Assembly (NCBI RefSeq): GCF_000315625.1
Contig: NW_005434614.1
Span: forward strand, 31,253 to 95,252
DNA from: Guillardia theta CCMP2712
Lineage: Eukaryota > Protista > Cryptophyta
Reading direction: 5' to 3'
DNA: 64,000 nt
The position numbers and the translations under genes are program-made. A model generated the notes under the pieces. That model was not told the origin of the DNA, did no database searches, and saw only the letters and a program-made list of their open reading frames with translations. Of this stretch, positions 11,480 through 24,006 are shown in pieces. The first letter of the stretch is position 1; each line of letters begins with the position of its first letter.

Positions 11480-14400
11480 TCGAATGCCTACAATTCCTTG
11501 AGGCTCGTGAACCAGCCTATGCAAAGACGAGAACAACCGGTGAGCCGCTCTTTCTCTTCCTCCTCAGACATGTAACTAGGATCAGTTTATTCCACAATCC
11601 AGAAGAAGGCGTGCGAGGCGGATGACAAGTGGTAAACTTCCCCCCATTACAACCGCATGAACAGACATTCAGTTGCATGTGACGATCTGGTAGGCGGTGA
11701 CGAGCCTTATTCGCCGTACAGCGACACGCTGCAGAGGGCAGACTCGGTTTCCAGTAGTGAGAATCCAACATTGTGAGCTTTGAGTTCAAGAGCTCACGTC
11801 GTTGATGTGACTTTCTCGTTTGAAGGGATAGTCGTTCCCATGTGAGCAGTACAGTACGGATACAAGACCAATCCGGCGCTACTGCAAATACCTCGTCATC
11901 GTTGATCAATCTCCAATCGGGGACAATAAGTAATGCTTTCGAGGCTGACAAAAACATACCGTCAAGTCCACAGAGAGGTGGTCCTTTGACTTGCATTCTT
12001 GTGAGATGCTGAATGTGATCTTGTAAGATTTATCACTGTCACAAGCGAAGACAGAGACGACGGAAATCACATGTGTGTCCTCAACAGTAGAAAATGACGT
12101 TGACACCGGACCAGGTATTTGCTGCCTGTAGATTCCTCCAGAATCGTTGTGACTTCAGCTTGCCAGAAACAAACCAGAAAATTGACTCAGAAGAGATGAA
12201 AGCTAGTCTGCCGACAAAACGAGGCAGATCCAACTCCCCTGCCATCGCTAACAAAAGACAGGAGACTGATGAAGGTGTGGGCAAACATTCCGATAATCGT
12301 GGAATATAGTGATACCAAGCAGCAGAGCTCAGGAACACGATGCGAGGCAGCAGGAATGATGAAGGCTCGGAAAGCCCGGATTGGCGGGAGAGGAGCCCGT
12401 CGAGTTCCCGGTCTCGCCCAAGACGAAGAAGGGGAGCAAGATCCTTGACTCCACAACACGTTGGAGTCAGACGAGGTAGACGACGAGTTCGAGGAGATGC
12501 TAGAGAAAGGGTAGCCAAGTGGTTCCGGGAGTAAGTGCCAAGAAGCATGTAGAAGAAGGATTAATCTATAGCGTGTTCTGCTTGTGTGCGCGGAGGGAAG
12601 AATGAAGTAGAGGCGGGAAGCAGAATGTTGTTGAATGTGCTCTACTTGCATGAGACAAGGGGTATGAGGGTGTGAGGGTAAAGATGTGCATCGCAGGTAA
12701 AGGTGGACCCTTAGGGCGTAGGAGAAAGAGAAAATCTGCTTCACCTAAAGGTGGAGGAGAGGGGAATGCGTCTCAAAAAGAAGCACGGCCGGCTGGAGCA
12801 GGCCGGGCCCCCAGCCCATGCTTGCGCAGGCGGAGCCCGTCCAGGTCGCTGTCTCCTCGGAGACAAGGAGGGGGGCCGGGACGGTCGCCATCGCGGGAGC
12901 GAGGAGGAGGAGGGGGACGAGGTAGGAGGAGAAGAATTGTTCTCGCCTCGTCAGAACGTAACGTGCAGTCCAGGAAGTCCAAGTGGAAGCCCGACGTCGC
13001 CGAGTTGGAGCCGGTCAAGATCACCATCATCAAAGCGCTCCATGCCGGGTGAACGGAAGGGAGATCAGCAAGGTCAGTGGAGAAATTCAGCAACAACGCG
13101 CATGCGAATGGGGGGAAAGTGAGAACGGGGATGAGAGACACGGGGTCCAGCCACGAGGGCTGAGGAAGATGAGCAGATTCTAGTGGAAATGCATGGAGGA
13201 TGCAAGGGATGTGGAAGCTGAAGGATTCGCAGGAGATGGTGGGGGATGCGGCAGAGCTGTCCAAACTAGTGGAGGAGCAAGCCCTGGAAAGCGGAAGAGA
13301 AGCCGGTCAAGTTCGTTGTCCCCGAGAGGGCGGGAATTGGGGCCTCGACAATCGCCACTGCGGGAACGGGGAGGGGGACCAGGTGAGGGAGGCAGGATAA
13401 GGATAAACAGTGAGAGCAGTGGCCGTCTGGCGGCCTGTATGTTGTCTGTCATCTGTCGTCAAGATATTCAGCGCATGATTTGGTCGCCTGTAGTTTTTAC
13501 TCTTGATCGTTCTCACACATATACCCGTTTGACAACTTTGCTTGACATGTACCTGATGTGTTACTTGGCTCCCTATGAATTGCGCCTGATTCAAACAATC
13601 AATGAATTTTATTGTAGATGAGAATGGAGGGCAGCGACTCAAGGAGGAGCGCGACCGACTCCAGCAGGAGCAGGCCGGGCCCCCAGCCCGGGCTGGCGCA
13701 GGCGAAGTGTGTCCAGGTCGCTATCTCCTCGGAGACAAGGAGGGTGGCCGAGGCGGTCGCCATCGCGGGAGCGAGGAGGAGGAGGGGGACGAGGTGAGAG
13801 AGGAGGAGGGGGACGAGGTAGGAGGAGACGGGGGCGGATGTGGGAAGGGAGAGACATCGATCAGGATGACCATAACGGAGAAGGAGGGGAAGAGGATGAC
13901 GATGGAATGCAGCAGGGAGACAGCGGCGGCTGATATATTCGGCAGGAGCACCAGGAGGAGGCCGGGGCCCCAGCCCGGGCTGGCGCAGGCGAAGTGTGTC
14001 TAGGTCGCTATCTCCTCGGAGACAGGGAGGGTGGCAGAGACGGTCGCCATCGCGGGAGCGAGGAGGAGGACGAGGACGAGGTGAGAGCGGAGTCGAAGAT
14101 AGTTGGTGATGTCAGCAAGGGAGAGATGGTCATTGAATGTTTGAAGAGATAGAGCGAGAGGGGCAGGACGATGGAGAGAACCAGGGTTTCTAAGCAGGGA
14201 AGGGAGGCAAGAACATGATTGTGTGACATACTGCGCAGGGAATGTCAAGAACAGCAGGGCAGGAGCTGGAGGAGATCGGCCGCCTGTCAGGGACTCGTCA
14301 GGTGAAAGCTCTCATTGCCAGCTATAAGGGAATGACTATGAACGCCTTTCAGCTCCTCAGGCTCTCTCGGGGTCGATTGAAGGTCGTCAGCTGCATCAAG

Positions 14401-14780
14401 GTGAGCTAGCCTCTAGTTTTGCTGCCTTGCCTTCCTTGAACACTCCCACGTCCCGGGCTCTTCTTATGGATTTTGCAGCAGTTGGCCAAGCTGCGGCTCG
14501 TGACGTCAGGTATCTTCGCTTCCGTTGATTGCTTTGCCTGTCAGCCTTAGTTGTGATTGTCGACCCTGTAGGAAATCTCCAGCGCTTCCACTGTCATCGT
14601 CTTCCACAAGCAATTCCCTTCAGCAAGTGAAACATGGTGAACTTTTGATTTGTGATTGGGACTTTTTTGGCGACTGAACGATGCTTCTCCCGCCTCACTA
14701 TCATTTTCTTCTTGAAGATCCGCATGGAAAAAGTTCTGCTGGCAAGATCGTGAAGTCCAGGGCGGAGTCGCTGGGGTAGT
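11480..14780 (+). CDS. Low-complexity Arg/Ser-rich protein with repeated RSLSPRR modules (model uncertain)
   Basis: Recurrent RSLSPRRQGG...RSPSRERGGGG peptides in successive exons. Confidence 0.35.
12788..14085 (+). repeat. Three dispersed ~130-170 bp direct repeats (~12790-12930, 13665-13830, 13955-14085)
   Basis: Shared ggccggg(g)ccccagccc...aggtcgct(g/a)tctcctcggagaca...cggtcgccatcgcgggagcgaggagga. Confidence 0.85.
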
Positions 14781-15138
14781 AATTCCTCCTCCTCCTCCTC
14801 CTCCTCCTCCTCCTCCTCCTCCTCCTTCTCCTCCTCCTCCTCCTTCTCCTCCTCCTCTAGAAACACGCGCTGAACAACTTTCTAGTATGGCTGGGGTTGA
14901 TCTACGGGAGGAATCTAAATTACAAGTTCATGTGATACAGCGAACAAACAAAGATTGGTCTCTGACCCTCTTGACTCGCCAGAAGAAGGATGTTGGCGCC
15001 CTCGCTGCGGAAAAACCAAGTGCGGGCGCAAACTTCTACAGATTTCCTGCTGACACTTGACTGCAGCTGGACTTGCAGCTGGACTTGCTCATCTGCAGGG
15101 ACCGGAAATCTCGACCCCCCCGATGTGACGCTCCCTTG

Positions 15139-17725
15139 ATGGTTGGCGTCCCTGGACTGACCGGGCTGAGCAGCACCAGCCTGCAGATGAAGGCGAACGT
15201 GGAGACGGTGGAGAGGAGGGGGGCAGGGAGTTCAGATGTTGCAGACAAGATTAACGAGGAGATAGCCTGCATCTCTTCGTCATATGGAGACGATTCTGAG
15301 GAGGGTGAGCGAACTTGACAGCTGCAAGTTCGGACTCGAGTGACCTTGATGTCCGATCAGATCTCGTCAATGATCGCAAACAAGTCAAGTTGTTCAAGAC
15401 AGGTGCTGATCTTGTGACTGTCCAACACAAAGAGACGTCGCAAGCTTGTGATACAACGATCGCTGCTTCCCTTCTACCCTGTCGCCCTGATCCTCTCCAG
15501 CAGATGCACTTCCACCCGACTTGGAGCTTCGGGTGAGGCAGCTAGAGGACAAGGAACTTCGACTCGGCGAGCTAGAGAGAAGCTTGATGATGAAGGAGAA
15601 CCAGATCATGACACAGATCGCGTTCGATGACATCCGGTGTGAGGCCATGGCGGCAGAGATCAAGAGCAACCAGCAGCTGCTGCAGAACCTGCAGTCGGAA
15701 GTCTCCCTGCTCCACCAGACCGTCTCCTCCCGGGACAGCGAGATCGAGACTTTGAAGAAGAAGTGGGAGGACCTTCACGAAGCTATCGAGTGCAGCGTCT
15801 GCCTCGAGCGACCAGCCAAGGTCGCCTGCTCGCCATGCGGGCATTGCTTCTGCTGCGACGAGGCCTGTGGCTCCTCCTCCTTGCAGAGCTGCCCTGAGTG
15901 CCGCTCGTCCATTGAAGGGAGGACGCAGCTGTACGGGCCACTCTGCTTTCTGGAGCAGCTGATGAAGAAGGAGGGCGGTGCCGGCCATCTTGCAGAGTCC
16001 TCGAGGTCGCGCAGGTCGAGGAAGGAGGTAGAGGAGCTGGAGGAGAAGGTGCGGGGGCAGGAAGAGACGTGCAAGCAGAAGGAGGAGGAGATGGAAGAGC
16101 TGAAGGGTCGGCTGCAACTCATTTCGCAGGAGATGTCATTGCTGCACGTTCGCTGCAGAGAGTCGATCTCAATGACGAAGTCGAGGGAGGAGAAGGTCAA
16201 AGAGGATCTCTGCAGGATAGAGGAGGCGATAAACAGCTCGATCGATGGAGTAGAGAAGGTGAGAAGGGGGAGGAGGGAGGAATTAGTTGTGCTGCATGTT
16301 GTTGACTTCCCGGTCTTGCTCTAGAGCTTGGAGGACGGGCTTGTCGGGATCGTATCTCGCAGCGTGAAGGCAGCACAGGCACGAGGAGACGTGCGGCTGA
16401 TCGTCTCCTACATGCGGATGCTGCCGACATGCGCGACGGTGGCTGAGGAGGGTGTGAACGCTCTCAAGGTCTTCTTGGGCGACGAGCGCAAGAAGAGGCA
16501 GATCCTCGTGGGAGGTGGCCTGGACGTCCTAGCAGACGCGATGAGACACTTCGGAGGGAACCCGATGCTGGTAAGGTCGGCGAGCCTAGCGATGGCGAGC
16601 GTGAGCCAGGAGGAGGAAGGGGAGCTTCTTGCGCTCGACGCGAGCAGCGTGCAGACGGTGCTGGAGGTGATGAAGGGAGGGATGAAGTCAGCAACGATCT
16701 CCATGCTGGAGGTCCTGTGGAACCTGTCGGTGCTGGACAGGAACAGGGAGACCGTCGCAGAGGCCGGGGGCATCGCCGCCATCGTGGAGGGCATGCGGCT
16801 ATTCCAGGAGAACGCGACGGTGCAGGTGAAAGGGATGCTGGCGGTACGGAGACTCATCGAAGACCGTCGGGAGTATCAGATCCAAGTGGTGACGTGCAAG
16901 GGAGACGACGTGATCATCCAGAACCTCGTGTCGCACCGCTCCAACGACAGCCTGCTGGAGGAGAGCTGCTCTCTCCTGCGCATCATCGCCTGGGTGCCTA
17001 ACGAGAGAAGCGAGATGATGATCTCTGTCGTGATCAGCTGCATGCGCGAGTGGCTGTGGCTCACCCGCCCCTCCATCCAGCTCCACTGCTGCGGATTCCT
17101 TCATGCTGCCGCCTCCTTCTCCAAGAACATCCCCATCATCGTCCTCGAGGGAGGCGTCGAGCTTGCGGTGAAGAGCATCCAGCTCCACAGGGCCTGCGAC
17201 GAGCTCGTCCTGCTGGGGTTCAAGCTCCTGCAGAACCTCAGCAAGAGGAGCGAGGCGGCGAGGGAGAGGATCGTGCAGACCAACGCGATCAAGTTCCTGC
17301 TGGAGGTCCTCCAGCAGCAGCCCACCTGCGCCCTCGTTGCCGAGGCTTCCATCACCCTGCGCTTGCTCGTGGACGATGACGAGCACATGGCGAACCGAGT
17401 CATCCTGCAGGACGCGATCCGCTGCCTCTCCGAGGTGATGGAGGTCCAGAGCAGCGGCTCAGCTGCCCACCAGGAGGCCTCGAGCCTGCTCAAGCTGCTG
17501 CTGAGCCTGGAGAGCCCGCAAAGTCGTGCGGCGAGACTGGCAGAGGGACGGGGGACGAGGGAAAGGGCTCTAAGGGCTGGGGAGAAACCTGTGGATCCCA
17601 GGCTGGAGGGGAACGAGGGCAGGAGAGGGGAGGGGCACGACGTGAAGAAGATCGACCTGGAGACGTACAGGAGCAGGAGGAGCGAGCCTGGGAGCAGCTC
17701 CTCCCGCCTGTTTACGAGGAAGTGA
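15139..17725 (+). CDS. Coiled-coil + RING finger + armadillo-repeat protein (putative E3 ligase); intron ~16259-16325
   Basis: CSVCLERPAKVACSPCGHCFCCDEACG..SCPECR (C3HC4 RING); ARM-like LWNLSVLDRNRETVAEAGGIAAIVEGM repeats; start uncertain. Confidence 0.85.
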
Positions 17726-17748
17726 AGTGGAAGCTCGTCGCTCTGATA

Positions 17749-17781
<33 letters not shown>

Positions 17782-18185
17782 CCTGCTCGTGGTGGTGGTG
17801 GTGGTTTGATCTTGCTGTTCCTGCTCTTTCCTCCTGCTCTCCCCCTCTGCCGCCCTTTCTTCTTCCTTCCTGTTCTGATCTCGTTCTCGTCTCTCATTGT
17901 CCTTGTCGACTATTCTTATCTTCGTTCTTGTTCTTCTGTCTGGATTACAAGTCCTTTGCTACATATGCCTCCATGTGTTGTTCCGCCAACAACATCCGCG
18001 TCTTTGAACAGGAAACGGCACTTTCAGCCGTGTTCCGTCCTTCGCACTTCACATCATCGCAATCGAGATGTTCAGTTTTCACCTACCGGGTCCTTCTACT
18101 CCTCCACTCATCTTCTCCTTCTCTTGTCATCGTGAACATTTGTTACGAGATGTTGTTAACATAGCAACTTATCATCATTTCTGCG

Positions 18186-19444
18186 CTGATCAGAACAAAG
18201 CTCTCACTCCGTTCTCATCGTACTGAGCACCAGGCCTCTTGATGACGTTGCCATCGTCGTCGATGTACTGCACACAAAGTCACCACACTTGATGTCAAAA
18301 GTGTCGACGATGACGGGAAATGAAAAAAAGGAAGACTACAAATCAACTAATTGACAGAACGAGAACATGTACAAACTGGTCGACAGCAAGAACACCGTGA
18401 AAAATATCTACAAAGACATGGGTAAGGACTTTGTTCACGCACCTCGCTCTTCTGTTGCAAGACAAATCTGCTGAACCTGAGTGCAGATGTCATGGACCAA
18501 TTTACACAAACAAGGCAAGTCATAATAACTCAAGCCTAAAACAACAAGACACATCACGACAACAGTTTCAACATCATCAGTCGTTTCGACAACAGTTTCG
18601 ACATCATCAGTCGTTTCGACAACAAGACAGCGAGACGTACAGCTTGAAGAGAATCTTGTCAGTTGTCAGGAACTCAACAGAGGATCCTTGCTCTGTCGTT
18701 GAAAGAATCTTGGGAACCAAATCCGCAGCCACCTAGGGGTCGTCAAAAACAAAATCAGTCCTTGCCTCCTCCCTGCCTCCCTGCTTCCCTCTCTCCCTGC
18801 TTCCCTCTCTCGTTTCCTTTCTCTTCCCCTCACTCCCCCCTGTCCTTCCTGCTCACTCGCTCCTCGTTCCTCGCTCGTTTGCCTTGCTCCCCCCACACCA
18901 TCACCACCCATCTCCCCTCCCTTTTCTCACCTCCTCGGGCTGAGCCGCGAGTACTCCAAAGGGGAACTTGCGGAGCTCTACGTGCACTGATATCAGAAAA
19001 AATCCCTTCCCCTCTCCTCCCTTCCTCTCCTCCTCCCTTCCTCTCCTCCTCCCTTCCTCTCCTCCTCCCGTCTCCACTTCCCCTTCCCTCCCATTTCCTC
19101 TCCTTCTCCCCTCTCCTCTCCTGCTTTTCTCCTTCCCTCTCTTCCTCCCCGTCCCTTCCCTCCCCTCCGCTCTCTCTCCTTCCTTCCTCCCCTCCCTCCT
19201 CACCAGGCGTCGAGTCATCGAGCAGCAGCTGGGTGAAGACCATGCCTGGGGAGAGGGTATGCACCTGCTGCGGGTTCACAACAAGGAACAAGAGGCCAAC
19301 AAACAAGAGACCTTGACGTCTCCCGGATACTCCTTCTTCTCGTATCCCTGCACTCCCTGCGGACAAATCACTCCTCCTGCCCCTCCAACCTTAATCATCA
19401 TCTCCATCATCATCATCTCCATCATCATCATCATTCTCATCATT

Positions 19445-19477
<33 letters not shown>

Positions 19478-20952
19478 TCCATCATCATCATCTCCATCAT
19501 CATCATCATCTCCGGTCGTCCGTTTCCTCTTCTCACCTTGGTGAGCTCATCTACAAGTGACTTGGTCATCTGCGGCTGGCCGCGCTTGGTTGCTCCGTAG
19601 CAGACGTATCCTATCAGCCCGTCAGAGCGAGGGGGAGGGGGGGGATGGAGCGGAAGAGGGAGAGGGGACGGAGAGTTTACCTGGAGTTCCTCCTCCCTTC
19701 ACGCCGCTGCACGTACAGCAATCTTACTATGCAAACTCAAGTAGGAGGAGCGGGAGAGAGGAGGAGAGGAGGAAATGGAAAGACGAGAAGGAAAACTTTT
19801 GGGAGGTCTCAGGGGGAGGAGAGGCAAAAGCGAGCGCACGGGAGGGGGCAGGGACAGCAGGAGCAGGAGCAGGAACAAGGAGGGGAGAAAGAGGAGGAGG
19901 AGCGTCACCTGCCAACGGTGTTGAAGACGTGCGAGGTAACGCCCGGCTGCTGGAGCATGGTCTTCATCGCGTACTGTTCCCTCCAGTCACCCACGGGAGG
20001 AGAGAAACATGCTGCTTCCTTACCTGAGTGCACAGGAGCGCTCCTAGCAGATTGACCTTGACGACGGCCTCAACCTGTCGATCAAGATCAGGAGACGCGG
20101 TAGAGAGCAGGGTTGTCGTCAGCGAGGTGCGTCGTCATTCTCTGCTCCTCATCCCCTCCAATCATCGACATCAGCATCAGCATCAGCATCAGCATCAGCA
20201 TCAGCATCAGCATCAGCATCAGCATCAGCATCGCCGATGTCGTCATCTCCGATATCATCAGCATTAGCATTAGCATCAGTATCGTCGTCGTCGTCGTCGT
20301 CGTCATCATCATCATCATCTCTACTCCTTGTTAACAGGTCGTTCATTCAACCTGCTCGACAGGAACATCGACGAACGCTCTCCTTCCTCCGTTGATGCCA
20401 GCGTTGTTGATCCAGTAGTTGATGGTGCCTGGAGCAGGGCGACGTCAGGAGGGCGTCGGTAGGAGATGGCGGCACACACCGAGCTTCTCCTTGGCGAAGG
20501 AAGCGAGCTGAGAAACACTGTTCTTGTCGCTGACGTCGGTGATGATCTCGTAGAGCTGTGCGTTGCTGTGCTTCTTCCTCAGGGCGTCAGCAGCCTGCGA
20601 GATCTTGGGGGAGATGTCGCAGATGACGACGCGATGTCCTCGGGCGAGAAACTCGTCAGCGTAGGAGAACCCGACTCCTCCTGCTGCTCCTGTGATCACC
20701 ACACCGAAGGACGACGCTCGGGCTCCTCTCAACCCCTCCGAGCGCTGCCAGCTCGCTGCCGACAGAGCTGGCGCACCGACCTGCCTCGAGGCTCCGGCGA
20801 GAGAGAAGGATGATCTTCCGAGAGGCGAGGAGGGGGAGGAGGAGGCATGGAAAGCCTTGGAGGAAGCGAAGGAGGTGGAGGGGAGGGAGGAGGGAGCGAA
20901 GGCTCCCGCTCCCGCCGCCATCGTCGCCAACAGCGCTAGCGCGGCCGCCATG
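18186..20952 (-). CDS. Plastid-targeted short-chain dehydrogenase, chlorophyll(ide) b reductase NOL/NYC1-like (about 10 exons)
   Basis: MAAALALLATMAAGAGA-FAP bipartite leader; VVITGAAGGVG, WINNAG, catalytic YGATKRG, VHTLSPGMVFTQLLL; last exon ends NGVRALF*. Confidence 0.8.
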
Positions 20953-21460
20953 TAAGAGATCCGAAGGTATTGAACCGGTTCGATCCGATGGCCAATAAGC
21001 GCTCCATCCGATTTGAATCGAATTGGAGAGATGCTCTGAGGCAAGTCCAGAACTTGTACCGTAAATTGGATCCACCCTACCCCACCTACTGTACCATCAA
21101 TGTGGTACAGTGAGTACCCCTTCTAGACTACAATACTACCCCACCCTGATAGGCTTTGTTGAAGAACTTGCGCTCCACCACCCCTGCAATCGTTGAGCTT
21201 CCTTCGACTTCCCTTTTCCTACCCACGACCTTCATGTCGCACCCCCCCCACTTTAACCCCTACCCCCTCAAATTATATGAATTTAACCCCCAGTATCCCA
21301 CACTTCCAGACGACAAAATCGCCCCACCCTGTAGTTATTCCTGCGACTCTACATTGTCTCACCCCTACCCCACCATATTCCTTGTACCACCCCCCTTAAC
21401 ATCTGTACCCTGGTCATAATGACCACCCCACCCTTGTACCTTCACCGCTACCTCTCAGCA

Positions 21461-21898
21461 ATGCTCGCTCTTCGCCGCAATGCACTTCGCGCGGTATGGC
21501 AGCCTCAGACTCTTCGAGCCGAACTGAAACCTGATCATGCTTGCGATATGCCCTCTTGACATCAGCTACAACCATCTCCTCTCCACTCGCCTCCTCTTTC
21601 CTTCACACAGCTCATCCTTCGCTCAGTTGTTACTTTTGCTCTCGTTCCTGATGTTAACGTTGTATCTGCTTCGAGTTGGTCTTCTTAGCGATCGATCGAG
21701 ATGGTTTGCTTCTTTGACATCTTCTTGTCTCTTTCAATCTTCTTATTTCCTGTTCCTTGATGTGTTGGAACTCCTTCATGTCCCGTTCCACCTCAGTCGC
21801 ATCTTGGCCCTGCTGGGTTGATGAACTTGGTCATTCTTGCCTGCATCGTCTTCCTCAAGTCAACCTTTGTTATCCATCATCATCATCTCTATCATCAT

Positions 21899-21930
<32 letters not shown>

Positions 21931-22009
21931 GCAGCATCGTCATCATTAGCACCTTCATCATCATCATCATCTCCATCATCATCTCTATCATCATCTCCAT
22001 CATCATCAT

Positions 22010-22059
<50 letters not shown>

Positions 22060-23460
22060 GAACCTCCATCATCATCATCAGCAGTAGCATCAGCATCATC
22101 ATCATCATCAGCAGCAGCATCATCATCATCATCATTCCTCTCCTTCTCCTCATCCTCCTCCTTTCACCTTCTATGGATTGTCCTCGTGGCGTCTTCTTGA
22201 CATCTTCGTTTAGGTGGCAAAAGGAACTCGGCACTTCTCCAAGAATCCTGACACTGAAACTTACCGGATCAAGTCCCAGGTTAGCGACGAGCAGTCACGA
22301 CGTTTTTGTTTCAATGTTCATTCATGTGTGCTGACGAAAAAATGTATTGGATGTCTACTTGCACTTCTGACAATGTTTGTTGAATGCAGTCTTTGACAAC
22401 CGACGTCTTCACTGGCTTCATAGCAGCCGTGAAGCAGTTCGGTATGTGAATGACAATTGCGAGGCCCTGTGGTTGAAACGCTCCTCAAGGTTGGAGAGAC
22501 ATCTGGAAGCAACTCAGACAGTGCAAGGAGGCCAAGGTACATCACCGCTTCCTGCTGATTGTATCTGCAAGAATCTTATACTCTTTTGATCTTGCTCCTC
22601 CTCTACCACCACCTCCTCCTCATCCTGCCTCCTTCGCCTACGTCTGCCCTTCTTACTCCCTGTCTCATTCCCTTTGCCTTTCCGTTTGCTTTCGTCCATC
22701 CTGAATGTAAGAATGGTGTAGGTTGGAACTTTGGTCGGAACAGACAAATTTGGGAACCGGTATTACGAGAACAGAGAAGATCAGTACCTGCGCGACAGGT
22801 CTGTCCCAGCTCTTGTGTCAACGAGCCTCTGAAGACATTGATCAGATGGGTCGTCTATAACACCGAAAAAATCCACATGGACTATGATCCAGCTCTGGTG
22901 AGTAACGAAAGCCTTGTCTTGTTAGAAACAAACATACTCCCACTGCTTGTTGACAACCTTGAGGTGAGTTGTGTCGTTCTGACTGTGATGTCTCAAGGTG
23001 CCGCCAGAGTGGCATGGTTGGCTGCACCATATCACCGATACCACCCCAGATGAGATCAAGAGGAAGGTTGGGTTGCTCTCGGCGCTGAGACCTGGCTGAT
23101 GCTCCCTGGCAGCACGGAGATGCGAAGTTCTTGACCGAGAAACAGTACAGTGAGGAGAAGCAGACTGGGCGAGATGTGAACGTGAGACGAGCGAGCGGTG
23201 CGAGATGGGTCCTGACGACAACATGCGCTCATGCAGTACAAGAACCCTGGGCATCTCCTTGGAGGAAGAGCGCGTGGTGACGGTTATTTGTCCAAGTCTG
23301 GCAGCGTCCGACCTGTGAGTTTGGAAGGCCTCAATGTCTCTTGTTGTCCCTCGATCGTTTGTCTCTTGTTGTCCCTGACAATCGGTTTGTTTGTTGTTGT
23401 CCCTGACAATCGCTTCAGGCATTCGAACCCTACGATCCCAAAGCTGATAATTACGTTTAA
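21461..23460 (+). CDS. NDUFA12: NADH:ubiquinone oxidoreductase subunit NDUFA12 (B17.2)
   Basis: VGTLVGTDKFGNRYYEN...RDRWVVYN...YDPALVPPEWHGWLHHITD across exons; Arg-rich presequence-like start MLALRRNALRA; the 5' exons are uncertain. Confidence 0.9.
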
Positions 23461-24006
23461 TCTGCCGCGCTGTCAATTTTTTGTGCATGATTTTCAAGAT
23501 GGAAGGGTTCAAACAGCTACAGCTTCTACAACAGCACAGCTGTTTTCTTGCTTCCTACTTCGATCGAAATGAAAATTGTGTTGATTTACCAGCATGCCTG
23601 CTCGCTGCCTCATGAAGGTGTCCTTCTGATCCATCCGACGTGACATGCTCAGTTGTAGTTTTTCAAACGCTCACGATCGTTTCAATGAGAGTTGTCGGAG
23701 GAGCCTACCTCTCCAACTTCCTGGGAAGTTGCCAACAGATCGGCACCAGCAACATCACAAAACTCCTTGACATCGCAGTATCCTTTCGCTCAATCCCAAA
23801 GTTTTTTCTTCAAGTCCCTTCACAACTTCCTTCCCTTCTCCCTGTAGCCTTCCTTTGCATCCACGTCGCCCCTCCCTCTTCCTCCCTCTCCCTCCTCTCC
23901 CTCCTCCTCCCCCCCCCCGTCCATCGCACCATCATCCGCCGCACCCGCTGTCCTGATCGCAACCCCCTCCCCTTCCCCTGGCTGCTTTTTCGTTAGGGCC
24001 GCCGCC

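Noticed and set aside
12788-14085. Spaced direct repeats considered as a CRISPR-like array or LTRs
   Set aside because: Long, irregularly spaced, degenerate and apparently coding; no cas, RT or integrase genes
19276-22334. ORFs with poly-Met, poly-Ile, poly-Ser or HQ repeats
   Set aside because: Translations of intronic (CAT)n/(CAGCAT)n microsatellites, not proteins
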